The translations under genes and the position numbers were made by a program. Below the pieces are notes generated by a model, which did no database searches, was not told the DNA's origin, and saw only the letters and a list, made by a program, of their open reading frames with translations. Positions 1-9,053 of a DNA stretch of 64,000 bases are shown here, piece by piece (within the stretch, counting starts at the first letter, position 1; the number at the start of each line of letters is the position of its first letter). The DNA comes from an uncultured bacterium (GTDB lineage Bacteria; Patescibacteriota; Minisyncoccia; UBA6257; GWB1-50-10): contig OY970216.1 of the NCBI GenBank assembly GCA_963713955.1, forward strand, positions 378,252 through 442,251. Reading direction: 5' to 3'.

Positions 1-378
1 GAGAAAGAATCACCCTCGAGATTTTCGGACCTGTCAAAGCTCGGCATAGAATTTGCGGAGACCGGCAGTCAAGCCACCGGCGCTCCGGCTGGAGGGGGCG
101 GGAGCCGCGGCGGGGAAAACGGCGGAAATGGCCGGCCCCAGAGGAGGCCGTTTCTTCAGAAATTCTCAAGAAGGCAGGAGGCAAGACCCTTCAATTCGAG
201 AAAACAGACGATCGTCGGGGGTGAGGATGTCGGTTTCGAGGACGGCGGCGGTTCCATTTCGCTCTCGGAGTTGAAAAATGACGGAGGGGACGGCAAGAAA
301 CACGATGAGAAAGAACCCGTTGACGTTGAAGATCTCAAGAAGTCTTTGGAAGAATCTCTAAAAAATCTCGGCTCGTGA
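1..378 (+). CDS. partial CDS: 3' end of a gene entering the window; Gly- and acidic-rich C-terminal tail, product unknown
   Basis: Frame 1 is open from nt 1 to the TGA at 376-378. It is absent from the ORF track because no start lies in the window, and the codon composition looks coding. Confidence 0.3.
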   Translation, partial: EKESPSRFSDLSKLGIEFAETGSQATGAPAGGGGSRGGENGGNGRPQRRPFLQKFSRRQEARPFNSRKQTIVGGEDVGFEDGGGSISLSELKNDGGDGKKHDEKEPVDVEDLKKSLEESLKNLGS

Positions 379-382
379 TTTC

Positions 383-949
383 TTAGACTCGCTCGATATA
401 TTGGCCGTTCTGGGTATTCACGCGCACGCTGTCTCCTTCTTCCACAAAGAGAGGGACGTTAACCTTCGCGCCGGTTTCGAGCGTTACCACTTTGGTTCCA
501 CCCTGTGCCGTATTGCCCTTTATGGCCGGCGGAGCTTCGGTGACTTTTAAGTCCATTTTGATGGGCAGTTCTACGTTTATTATTCTTTCGTTGAATCGGT
601 AGGCTGTGAGTTCCGTATTGACTTTCAGGAACTGCGCCGCCTGTCCCAGGATATCCTTACTCATTTGAAACCGGTTTTTAGGATTGCTCTTTTCATTGAA
701 CCAATACTCGCCCCGGTTCTCGTAGATGAATTGTACCGGCATTTTGTCTATTTCCGCTTCTTCAAATTCATCATTCTGGTGCGCCGTATATTCCTGCACT
801 TTCCCCGTGAGGAGATTTTTTATTTTGAGCTGGGCGACGGGTTTTCTCTGTTGCATTCTTATGAATGCGTAATCGAGAACCTCGAAAGGATCCCCGTCTT
901 TTGTGAACAAAGTTCCCACTTTGAGTTCGTTGTACGATAATCTTGCCAT
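383..949 (-). CDS. efp: translation elongation factor P
   Basis: 188 aa with an N-terminal KVGTLF..DG.P..VL and a KNLLTGK loop typical of EF-P. The length fits three OB-like domains. Confidence 0.9.
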   Translation of the reverse strand: MARLSYNELKVGTLFTKDGDPFEVLDYAFIRMQQRKPVAQLKIKNLLTGKVQEYTAHQNDEFEEAEIDKMPVQFIYENRGEYWFNEKSNPKNRFQMSKDILGQAAQFLKVNTELTAYRFNERIINVELPIKMDLKVTEAPPAIKGNTAQGGTKVVTLETGAKVNVPLFVEEGDSVRVNTQNGQYIERV

Positions 950-976
950 GTCGAGAAACTATCTTATAATACTCGC

Positions 977-2194
977 ATGTCGAAGTCAACGAGAAAAGTT
1001 TTTGTTGGGATGTCCGGCGGCGTGGATTCGTCCGCCGCGGCCCTTTTGCTTAAAAAACAGGGCTATGATGTTACGGGAGTTTACATGAAGGGCTACAACG
1101 TCGACGGGTGCGCGGAGCGCGACGCAGAGGACGCACGGCGGGTGGCCGAACACATCGGCGTCTCTTTTTATGTTTTTGATATGGAGCGCGAATACAAGGA
1201 AAGCGTGGTGGATTACATGGTCTCGGCGTACCGCGACGGGATCACGCCGAATCCGGACATCGTGTGCAACAAGGACATTAAATTCGGCCTGTTTCTCGAA
1301 AAAGCGCTCAGGATGGGCGCGGATTACATCGCGACCGGCCACTACGTGCGCCTCGCCTCCCCCTCCATTCCTCGCGGAACCGGTCGTCGCGATACTCCAG
1401 CGGTATCGCGCGACCTTGACTCTCGACGCGTTCGCTCCTTCGGAGACCGAGCCGACCGCGCCTCCGAGACATTCCGCTCGGAACAGAGCGGAAGGCTCGT
1501 AAATTATTATTTAATGGAGGCGAAGGATAAGAATAAAGATCAGAGCTACTTTCTCTGGACGCTGACGCAGGATCAGTTGAAACATTGTTTGTTTCCGATT
1601 GGCGATTACTTGAAAAGCGAAGTGCGGGAGATCGCGCGGAGAGCGGGACTTCCGACGGCGGAGAAAAAAGATTCGCAGGGAATCTGTTTTTTGGGACGAG
1701 TGGATTTGGAAGATTTCCTGAAGCAGTATCTGCCGGAGAAACCGGGTGACATCGTGACGACCGGGGGCGACGTTGTTGGGCAGCATGAAGGTATTTATTT
1801 CTATACGATTGGTCAGCGCCATCTCGGGGCGAACTTGAAAGTGAAAAACCCCGATCACAAGCCGTACTACGTCGCGGCGAAAGATTTGAAAACGAACACG
1901 CTCATCGTCGCGGAAGGGGACGACAACCCGGCGCTTTTCAAGAAAGAGATGGAATTGAGGCAGGTGAATTTCATCGATCGTGAGACACCTTCTCTAATTC
2001 GTGTGAATGGTGGAGTAAGAGTCCTGGCGCGAGTGAGATACCGCCAACCACTGACCAAGGCGGTGATATCAGGCGTGAAGGGAAGCAAGTGCATGCTGGT
2101 CTTCAAGGATCCGCAGAAGTTCGCTGCGCCGGGCCAGTCGGCCGTGTTCTATTCGAAAAAGGGTGAGCTCCTCGGCGGTGGGGTGATCGTCTAG
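977..2194 (+). CDS. mnmA: tRNA-specific 2-thiouridylase MnmA
   Basis: SGGVDSS PP-loop, CNKDIKF, ATGHY and KDQSYFL motifs. An extra ~45-aa Arg/Ser/Asp-rich insertion sits between ATGHYVR and KDQSYFL. Confidence 0.85.
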   Translation: MSKSTRKVFVGMSGGVDSSAAALLLKKQGYDVTGVYMKGYNVDGCAERDAEDARRVAEHIGVSFYVFDMEREYKESVVDYMVSAYRDGITPNPDIVCNKDIKFGLFLEKALRMGADYIATGHYVRLASPSIPRGTGRRDTPAVSRDLDSRRVRSFGDRADRASETFRSEQSGRLVNYYLMEAKDKNKDQSYFLWTLTQDQLKHCLFPIGDYLKSEVREIARRAGLPTAEKKDSQGICFLGRVDLEDFLKQYLPEKPGDIVTTGGDVVGQHEGIYFYTIGQRHLGANLKVKNPDHKPYYVAAKDLKTNTLIVAEGDDNPALFKKEMELRQVNFIDRETPSLIRVNGGVRVLARVRYRQPLTKAVISGVKGSKCMLVFKDPQKFAAPGQSAVFYSKKGELLGGGVIV

Positions 2195-2303
2195 TTATCC
2201 ACAGATTTATGGAGAGCGGGAATCCATATTTAGAGCGGGGGGCCTTACATTTCGGGGATAACTCTAACTTCGGAGAGCGGTACTAACCCTATAATTGAGG
2301 TAA

Positions 2304-3728
2304 GTGCCTGCTTACAACGTAATCTTCTTCGGCGTCATCTTTTTCATCGTCGGACTGTTTTTGGGAAGTCTCCGGGCGGGTTGGCTGATTTTAGGTGCGA
2401 CCCTCATCGGCGCGACCTTTTTCTTTCTTCTCTCTGCCTTTAAAAAAGACAAGAAGTTCATTTGTCTCGCCTTGCTCTCTCCCCTTATCTTCGCTGGCGC
2501 GTTTTATTACACCTTTTTCGACCTACATTTGAAGTCCAAGATCGTGAGTAATGGCGAGGAAGTGGTCATTACCGGGAGAGTAGTCGAGAAACCGTCCTCG
2601 AGTTACGGCGTCGCTTCGGTCGTCGTCGAAACGGATGACGGCGCGAAGCTGCTCTTGCGGCTGCCGAGATATCCGGAAGTGAAATACGGAGAGATCGTTT
2701 CATTTAGAGGAAAAATCGAGGAGCCGGCGAGCGACAGCCGCGGCAATTATTTGCTGAAAGAGGGAATCGTCGGCACTGCCGACTTTCCGGAAGTCGAATC
2801 GGTAGATTGGGGGAAGAAAGACTACAAGGCGTATCTTTTCGATTTGAGAGATAACATCGTCAGTACATTTCAGCGGTCGCTTCCCCCGAAGGAGGGAGCA
2901 TTCCTTTCGGGACTCCTCCTCGGCGAGACAAGCGGTTTTTCCGAAGATTTCAAGAACGACATGAAAGCGAGCGGGACGACTCATCTCGTCGCTCTGTCGG
3001 GTTACAATATCTCCCTCGTCGTCATGGGAGCGATGTTTTTATTTTCTTTTCTCCTGCCGCGCTTCTGGTCTTTCGTTCTGACTTCGATCTCCATATTCTT
3101 GTTCGTCGCGATGACCGGCGCAGAACCGTCCGTCGTCAGAGCGGCCATCATGGGATTTCTCGTCCTTCTCGCCAAGGGGAGCGGGCGGCTTTTCGATTCC
3201 CGGAACGTGGTGGTGCTGACGGCTCTCGTCATGCTTCTCTTGAATCCGCGCCTCCTTTTCTTCGACGTCGGTTTTGAACTTTCGTTTCTGGCATTTCTCG
3301 GCATCGTCTACTTGGAGCCTGCCTTGATTTCAGGTCTCGCGTTTTTTGAAAGGAAAGGATTCGCGCGCTGGCGAGAAAATCTGGCGACCACCTTTTCGGC
3401 TCAAGTTATGGTTCTACCGATTCTCCTCGGCAATTTCGGTTCTTTTTCGCCGGTATCGCTCATATCCAACGTTCTCCTCCTTGGGTTAGTACCGGGAACG
3501 ATGATGCTGGGGTTTGTTACCGCTTCGCTCGGATTTTTGTCGAAACACCTCGCGCAGGTCGGCGGTTGGGTTGTTCTGCCATTCTTGAAGTTTGAGACCG
3601 GAATCATAGAATTTTTCGGCGGGCTTGGCCTTTCGGTGTCGTTCGATTTCGGATGGATCCTTTTCGCGTTGTATTACCTGCTGATTTTGCTCTTTGTGGT
3701 ATGGCGAAAGAAAACTTGCCGGAATTAA
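2304..3728 (+). CDS. comEC: ComEC/Rec2 N-terminal (DUF4131-like + competence membrane domain)
   Basis: Multi-TM protein with the TGTTHLVALSGYNISLV competence-domain signature. The track start is a GTG. Confidence 0.65.
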   Translation: MPAYNVIFFGVIFFIVGLFLGSLRAGWLILGATLIGATFFFLLSAFKKDKKFICLALLSPLIFAGAFYYTFFDLHLKSKIVSNGEEVVITGRVVEKPSSSYGVASVVVETDDGAKLLLRLPRYPEVKYGEIVSFRGKIEEPASDSRGNYLLKEGIVGTADFPEVESVDWGKKDYKAYLFDLRDNIVSTFQRSLPPKEGAFLSGLLLGETSGFSEDFKNDMKASGTTHLVALSGYNISLVVMGAMFLFSFLLPRFWSFVLTSISIFLFVAMTGAEPSVVRAAIMGFLVLLAKGSGRLFDSRNVVVLTALVMLLLNPRLLFFDVGFELSFLAFLGIVYLEPALISGLAFFERKGFARWRENLATTFSAQVMVLPILLGNFGSFSPVSLISNVLLLGLVPGTMMLGFVTASLGFLSKHLAQVGGWVVLPFLKFETGIIEFFGGLGLSVSFDFGWILFALYYLLILLFVVWRKKTCRN

Positions 3729-4603
3729 GGTCGGTCGTACGTTTCTTGGACAACCGCTTTTTCAGGATACTGCCTTTCTTGTTGGTGTTTGCCGTTTTCG
3801 ATGTTTGTCTCTCGCGCTCGATCGGCGTTGCGGGGGAAACGCGGGCCGGCGAGTACTTTCTGCCCGTCGGCCAGGGAGACAGCGAACTTCTCGTTATGGA
3901 TTCCGGGGTCAAGATCTTGATCGACGGCGGCCCGGTTAATTCCCTCGTCGTGCAGAACCTGGATAAAATAATGGCCCCGCATGACAAATATATCGACGTG
4001 GTCATTTTGACGCATCCGGAACTGGATCACTTCGGAGGGCTTGCGGACGTTTTTAAGAGTTACCGGGTCGGCGCTTTTGCGTCTAATGGCCTCGGGGCTG
4101 GGACGGGTGCTTACGGGAATCTGGAAAACCTGATAGCGGTAAGCGGCGCGAAGACCGTGACGCTCGGCGCGGGGGATGCAGTCAAGAACGGGGGAAATTT
4201 AGTAAGAGTTTTATCTCCCCGTCCCGCTGAGATTGCCGATTCCTCCATAAACGACGCAGCTTTGGTTTTGGAAGTTACTTCCGGCGGAATCACTTCTCTT
4301 CTCGCGAGCGATATAAGTTCCAGTGTCGAAAGAAAAATAATCCCGTTCGTGGGGGAAGCGATTGACGTCCTGAAAGTCGCCCATCACGGTTCCAAGGATT
4401 CCTCTTCGGGTGAATTTTTGGCGGCGGTGAAGCCGGAGGTAGCCGTGATAGAGGTCGGGAAGAACTCTTACGGCCACCCCTCGCCCGAGGCGGTCGAGCG
4501 TCTTACCGGAGTTGTGGCGGCGTTATTCAGAACTGATGAGGCAGGGCTTTTGAAAATTTCCCGGAACGAAAACGGACGGCTTGAAGTGTTCAGGATGAAA
4601 TAG
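3701..4603 (+). CDS. comEC: ComEC C-terminal metallo-beta-lactamase domain (separate frame)
   Basis: HPELDHFGG and VAHHGS MBL motifs. The ORF overlaps the upstream comEC part in a different frame, and the start chosen is the internal ATG (MAKENL). Confidence 0.6.
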   Translation: MAKENLPELRSVVRFLDNRFFRILPFLLVFAVFDVCLSRSIGVAGETRAGEYFLPVGQGDSELLVMDSGVKILIDGGPVNSLVVQNLDKIMAPHDKYIDVVILTHPELDHFGGLADVFKSYRVGAFASNGLGAGTGAYGNLENLIAVSGAKTVTLGAGDAVKNGGNLVRVLSPRPAEIADSSINDAALVLEVTSGGITSLLASDISSSVERKIIPFVGEAIDVLKVAHHGSKDSSSGEFLAAVKPEVAVIEVGKNSYGHPSPEAVERLTGVVAALFRTDEAGLLKISRNENGRLEVFRMK

Positions 4604-4617
4604 TACAATGCAGCATA

Positions 4618-6027
4618 ATGACGAGAGCTTTATCAAGGGAAATAGCCGGGCTTGAGGGACAGGAGGCGGAGATGGCGGGGTGGATTGATACGCGCCGGGA
4701 TCACGGGAAGCTTATTTTCATCGATTTGAGGGACAGGAGCGGAATAACTCAGGTTGTCTTTACGCCAAAGGACGAGAAATTGCATTCTTTGGCCGAAAAA
4801 CTGCGTCCGGAATGGGTTATAAAAGTGAAAGGGACCGTCGGGAAGCGCCCGGCGGGAATGGAAAATCCCAAAATCCCGAGCGGCTACCATGAATTGCAAG
4901 CTGCCGCTTTAGAGATTATCGCAGAGGCAAAAACTCCTCCTTTTGATTTGAGCGGCGACGGGCGCGAAATCAACGAGGAAATACGAATGAAATATCGTTA
5001 CCTGGATTTGCGCCGGCCGCGGATGAGGAACAATCTCGCCGCACGCGCGAAGGTCAACAAATTCATCCGCGACTTTTTGACGGAAAGGGATTTCACGGAA
5101 GTGGAAACGCCAGTCATCGGCAAATCGACGCCCGAGGGTGCTCGGGACTATTTGATTCCAAGTCGTCTTTATCCGGGCGAATTCTACGCGCTTCCGCAAT
5201 CGCCCCAGCAGTACAAGCAGCTTTTGATGGTCGCGGGTCTCGAAAAATATTTCCAGATCGTCAGGTGTTTCCGCGACGAGGATACGCGGGGCGACCGGCA
5301 GCCCGAATTCACGCAGCTCGATCTCGAGATGAGTTTTATTTCCCAGGAGGAAGTTTTGGCACTCATCGAGGATCTCTATGCGAAGCTGGTGAAGGAACTA
5401 TATCCCGAAAAGAAGATCAAACAATTTCCGTTTCCGCGCCTGAACTATGCCGAGGTGATGGCGAAGTATAACTCGGACAAGCCGGACTTGCGGGACGACA
5501 AGAACAATCCGAATGAGCTCGCCTTCGCGTTCATCGTCAATTTCCCGATGTTCGAATGGAAAGAGACTGAAAAGCGCTGGGACGCCGTCCATCACCCCTT
5601 CACCATGCCGCAGGTCAAGGACGTCGACGATTTCTGGGTTCAGTTCAAGAAAGACCCGGCCTCCATTCCCGCCTTCCAATACGATTTCGTATTGAACGGC
5701 TATGAAATCGGCGGCGGTTCCATCCGGATTTACGATCCGAAACTCCTCACGGCCGTCTTCGAGGCGATGGGAAACGATCCGAAGGACATCCGGGAGAAAT
5801 TCGGCCACATGCTCGAGGCCTTTGAGTACGGCGTGCCGCCCCACGGGGGAATCGCGCCGGGAATCGACCGGTTCCTCATGATCATGCAAAACGAACCGAA
5901 CATCCGGGAGGTCATCGCGTTTCCGAAGACTGGGGACGGGAAGGATCTCATGATGCAAGCGCCGTCCGAGGTTTCGAAAGAGCAGCTGAAAGAATTACAC
6001 ATTAAAGTCGATCAAGAAAAGAAATAA
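4618..6027 (+). CDS. aspS: aspartyl-tRNA synthetase (short form without GAD insertion)
   Basis: QSPQQYKQLLM, FRDEDTRGDRQPEFTQLDLEMSF and GGGSIRI class IIb motifs. 469 aa. Confidence 0.85.
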   Translation: MTRALSREIAGLEGQEAEMAGWIDTRRDHGKLIFIDLRDRSGITQVVFTPKDEKLHSLAEKLRPEWVIKVKGTVGKRPAGMENPKIPSGYHELQAAALEIIAEAKTPPFDLSGDGREINEEIRMKYRYLDLRRPRMRNNLAARAKVNKFIRDFLTERDFTEVETPVIGKSTPEGARDYLIPSRLYPGEFYALPQSPQQYKQLLMVAGLEKYFQIVRCFRDEDTRGDRQPEFTQLDLEMSFISQEEVLALIEDLYAKLVKELYPEKKIKQFPFPRLNYAEVMAKYNSDKPDLRDDKNNPNELAFAFIVNFPMFEWKETEKRWDAVHHPFTMPQVKDVDDFWVQFKKDPASIPAFQYDFVLNGYEIGGGSIRIYDPKLLTAVFEAMGNDPKDIREKFGHMLEAFEYGVPPHGGIAPGIDRFLMIMQNEPNIREVIAFPKTGDGKDLMMQAPSEVSKEQLKELHIKVDQEKK

Positions 6028-6035
6028 CGAATACG

Positions 6036-7109
6036 ATGAAAGATTTCACGTTCCCTTTGTTCAAAACAAAGATTGGGGGGTCGCAAAAATTCATGCTCGA
6101 CGACCCGGTCGAACGCAAGAAGTATTTTGAGTTGAAAGCCGGACCCGAGATCGAGAAGATCAAGAACTATCTGGACCGGAAGAACACGTTCCTCGGGATC
6201 TTGCTCGGCAAGAAAAATTCCGGCAAAGGGACGTATTCGAAATTGTTCATGGAAGCGGTCGGGCCAGAGCACCTGCGGCACGTGTCGGTCGGCGACATCG
6301 TGCGGGACGCCCACGAAGATTTCGAGGATCCGGCGAAACGCGAAGAACTCACGAATTACCTCAAGGAGAAATACCGAGGGGCCATGCCGCTCGAGGAAGC
6401 GCTGAATTCGCTCTCGGGCCGGTCGACGTCGTCGCTCCTCCCGACAGAGCTTATCCTGACCCTCGTCGAAAGAGAAATAACGAAGAGCGAGCACAAGGCA
6501 ATCTTCGTCGACGGCTTTCCCCGCAACTTGGATCAGATTTCCTATTCGTTGTATTTCCGGGAGCTCATGGGGTACCGCGATGATCCCGATTTTTTCGTCT
6601 TCATCGATTTGCCGGAAGCGATCATCGACGAACGGATGAAATACCGCGTCATCTGTCCGATCTGTCACACGCCGCGGAATTTGAAACTCTTGCGCACCAA
6701 AAAGATAGAGTATGAACCGTCAGAAAACAAGTTTTATCTCATCTGCGACAATCCGGCCTGTGGAGGAAAGCGGATGGTCCCGAAAGAGGGGGACGAATTA
6801 GGCATTGAAGCCTTACGAGATCGGATCGAAGTCGACGAAGCGGTCATGAAGAATCTCCTGAGGCTGGAGGGAGTTCCGAAAATATACCTGAGAAACTCGA
6901 TACCGGTAGCGGTTGCAAGGGATTATACCGATGACTACGAGGTGACACCCGCGTATCGGTACGAATGGGACGCGGCGACGAAAAAGGTAAATGTCATCGA
7001 GGAACCGTGGGTAGTCAATGACGACGATGGGGTTCCATCCGTGAGTTTACTGCCGGCGCCGGTTGTTGTGTCATTCTTGCATCAAGTAGTCAAGGTGCTG
7101 GATTTGTAG
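6036..7109 (+). CDS. adenylate-kinase-like P-loop NMP kinase with Zn-ribbon LID insertion and terminal extensions
   Basis: GKKNSGKGT P-loop similar to the Adk GxPGxGKGT motif. CPICH...CDNPAC Cys4 LID. 357 aa. Confidence 0.45.
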   Translation: MKDFTFPLFKTKIGGSQKFMLDDPVERKKYFELKAGPEIEKIKNYLDRKNTFLGILLGKKNSGKGTYSKLFMEAVGPEHLRHVSVGDIVRDAHEDFEDPAKREELTNYLKEKYRGAMPLEEALNSLSGRSTSSLLPTELILTLVEREITKSEHKAIFVDGFPRNLDQISYSLYFRELMGYRDDPDFFVFIDLPEAIIDERMKYRVICPICHTPRNLKLLRTKKIEYEPSENKFYLICDNPACGGKRMVPKEGDELGIEALRDRIEVDEAVMKNLLRLEGVPKIYLRNSIPVAVARDYTDDYEVTPAYRYEWDAATKKVNVIEEPWVVNDDDGVPSVSLLPAPVVVSFLHQVVKVLDL

Positions 7110-7260
7110 AGGGTGGTATAATTGTAGTGTCCCGTTCGATGTGAATTCCGGATTATTTAATTTCATTGGGACTTCATACAGTATCAGGTTCGGCAGAGGA
7201 TCCTCACAAGGTTTCCTCGAAATGAGAGAAAATTTTGTGAGGATCTTCTTAAGGATCTGA

Positions 7261-8061
7261 TTGAGAAGACCCACCTGGATAAAACCGGGAATTATTCCAA
7301 GAACGGGATTTTTATTTTGCCCCGTGAAGAAAAAAATAATCATCGTTGTTTCCTTACTGTCCTTGTTCTTAATCGGCGTATTTTTAACTACCGGGCATTT
7401 TTTGCCGATACTTTTGGGATCAGCTTTGGTTGACAGCGTGAACCCATGCGCTCTTTCAGTTCTGATTTTAACCGTGGCTTTCCTTTTCAGTCTGGGCAGA
7501 AAACGATCACAGATCTTGAGCGCCGGTGCATCGTATATCTTCGGGATATTTGTGACGTACGTGGCTGTGGGACTCGGAATCTTGGGAGTTCTCTCCGTGT
7601 TCGGCATACCGGGATTCATTTCCAAGATTGTGGCCTTTGTTCTTTTGATATTCGGCGTCGTGGAAATATTGGACGCTCTTGTTCCTGCTTTTCCGATCAA
7701 ACTCAAAATTCCCAAAGTCACCCATCCGGCGATAGCGCACCTCATAGAAAAAAGTTCCGGGCCGGCTTCTTTCGTCTTAGGCGTTGCCGTCGGGCTCTTT
7801 GAGTTCCCTTGCACCGGAGGCCCTTATCTTTTCGTCTTGGGATTGCTTCACGATAAGGCGACTTACTTCAGCGGATTTTTGTATTTGATTCTTTATAACT
7901 TGGTTTTCGTGTTGCCCCTCGCCGTAGTTCTTGTCGTGGCGAGTAACCGCGAATTGTTTGAAAAGATGGCCGGATTGAAAAAGGAAAACGGCAAATTCGC
8001 CAAATTAGCCACCGGAGTTATAATGATACTATTGGCCGCCGTTATAATTTTCTTTTCATAA
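7261..8061 (+). CDS. CcdA/DsbD-family thiol-disulfide transporter (membrane)
   Basis: 6-TM protein with paired NPC(ALSVL) and FPC(TGGPY) motifs characteristic of CcdA/DsbD. The start is uncertain; a GTG at 7324 is possible. Confidence 0.55.
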   Translation: MRRPTWIKPGIIPRTGFLFCPVKKKIIIVVSLLSLFLIGVFLTTGHFLPILLGSALVDSVNPCALSVLILTVAFLFSLGRKRSQILSAGASYIFGIFVTYVAVGLGILGVLSVFGIPGFISKIVAFVLLIFGVVEILDALVPAFPIKLKIPKVTHPAIAHLIEKSSGPASFVLGVAVGLFEFPCTGGPYLFVLGLLHDKATYFSGFLYLILYNLVFVLPLAVVLVVASNRELFEKMAGLKKENGKFAKLATGVIMILLAAVIIFFS

Positions 8062-8069
8062 ATTAAGAA

Positions 8070-8573
8070 ATGGACGACGTAAATAAGAAAAAGTGGGAAG
8101 AGCTTTTGGAGAAGATAAAGAAAGCTCACTTGGAACATAAACTGGATCTCTCGACGGATGAGGATTTATCGATCGGCGTCATGAATTTGATCAGTTTGGA
8201 AGAACATTTCTTCTTTACTGCCGAGAAGACCAAAAAAGACGAGTATTTTGATTTGCTGGAAGAAGTAAGGAACGTCAGAAAAGATCTTCTGGAAAGACTC
8301 ATGCCTTTCAACGAAGGGGAAAGCTGGTGCATCTCAAAACATTTACTGGCCTCGACCATGCGCTTGATTGAGGTTGGTACCAAACTCGACTCAGCCGGGA
8401 GGAGAGAGGAAGCGAGGAGCGCGTACGACTCGGCTTTTAAGCTATATTCTCTCTTCTGGGCCTTGCGCTTGAAATTGATTGATATATCCAAGATAAAAAA
8501 AGCAAAGGAAGAAGGACGTCCGCTGGATTTTGAAAGTATCATGACAGAGCTCATCAACTGCTGTGAAGAATGA
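8070..8573 (+). CDS. hypothetical soluble protein
   Basis: 167-aa ORF lying between the two redox genes. No recognisable motif. Confidence 0.4.
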   Translation: MDDVNKKKWEELLEKIKKAHLEHKLDLSTDEDLSIGVMNLISLEEHFFFTAEKTKKDEYFDLLEEVRNVRKDLLERLMPFNEGESWCISKHLLASTMRLIEVGTKLDSAGRREEARSAYDSAFKLYSLFWALRLKLIDISKIKKAKEEGRPLDFESIMTELINCCEE

Positions 8574-8952
8574 GATGAAACTCAATAAAACAAAAACGTA
8601 CACAATCATTTTAGTGATATTTGTTGTCTTGATTGCTGCGGTGGCGGTATATTTCACCTTCAGGCCAAAAGCAAGCAACTCTTCGTTGAATTCTTTTGCC
8701 CAATGCTTGGCGCAAAAAGGTTTCACGATGTACGGCGCTTACTGGTGTCCGCACTGCCAGAACGAGAAAGCGTTGTTCGGCGATTCATTCAGGTACGTAA
8801 ATTACGTAGAGTGTACCGTGGAGACGCAGAAGTGCACCGCGGCCGGAATTGAAGGATTTCCGACTTGGATTACGCCCGATGGGCGAAAGCTGGTGGGAGA
8901 ACAGAGCTTGCAGGCCTTAAGCGCGGTGAGCGGCTGCGAACTGCCAAAATAG
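8563..8952 (+). CDS. membrane-anchored thioredoxin-like protein (VKOR-associated Trx-like type)
   Basis: N-terminal TM, WCPHCQ active site and FG...YVEC...C...GIEGFPTW, resembling the Trx-like domain fused to VKOR in other bacteria. Confidence 0.6.
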   Translation: MKNEMKLNKTKTYTIILVIFVVLIAAVAVYFTFRPKASNSSLNSFAQCLAQKGFTMYGAYWCPHCQNEKALFGDSFRYVNYVECTVETQKCTAAGIEGFPTWITPDGRKLVGEQSLQALSAVSGCELPK

Positions 8953-9053
8953 TTCGGGATTCAAGAGTTGAAGCTCGAAATTGGAATGCAAAGTTGTGAA
9001 TTTTAAGCTTCAGCCTTGTACTTTGCGTTTCGAGATATGAGTTTATAATCAGA

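Noticed and set aside
1-378. FtsZ-like C-terminal peptide (RRPFLQKF) in the partial ORF at the window start
   Set aside because: A single short motif followed by 80 more residues. Insufficient to name the gene.
2195-2303. Three GGAGAGCGG direct repeats upstream of comEC
   Set aside because: Short and of low complexity. No partner motif elsewhere. Could be chance or a minor operator, so not reported as a feature.
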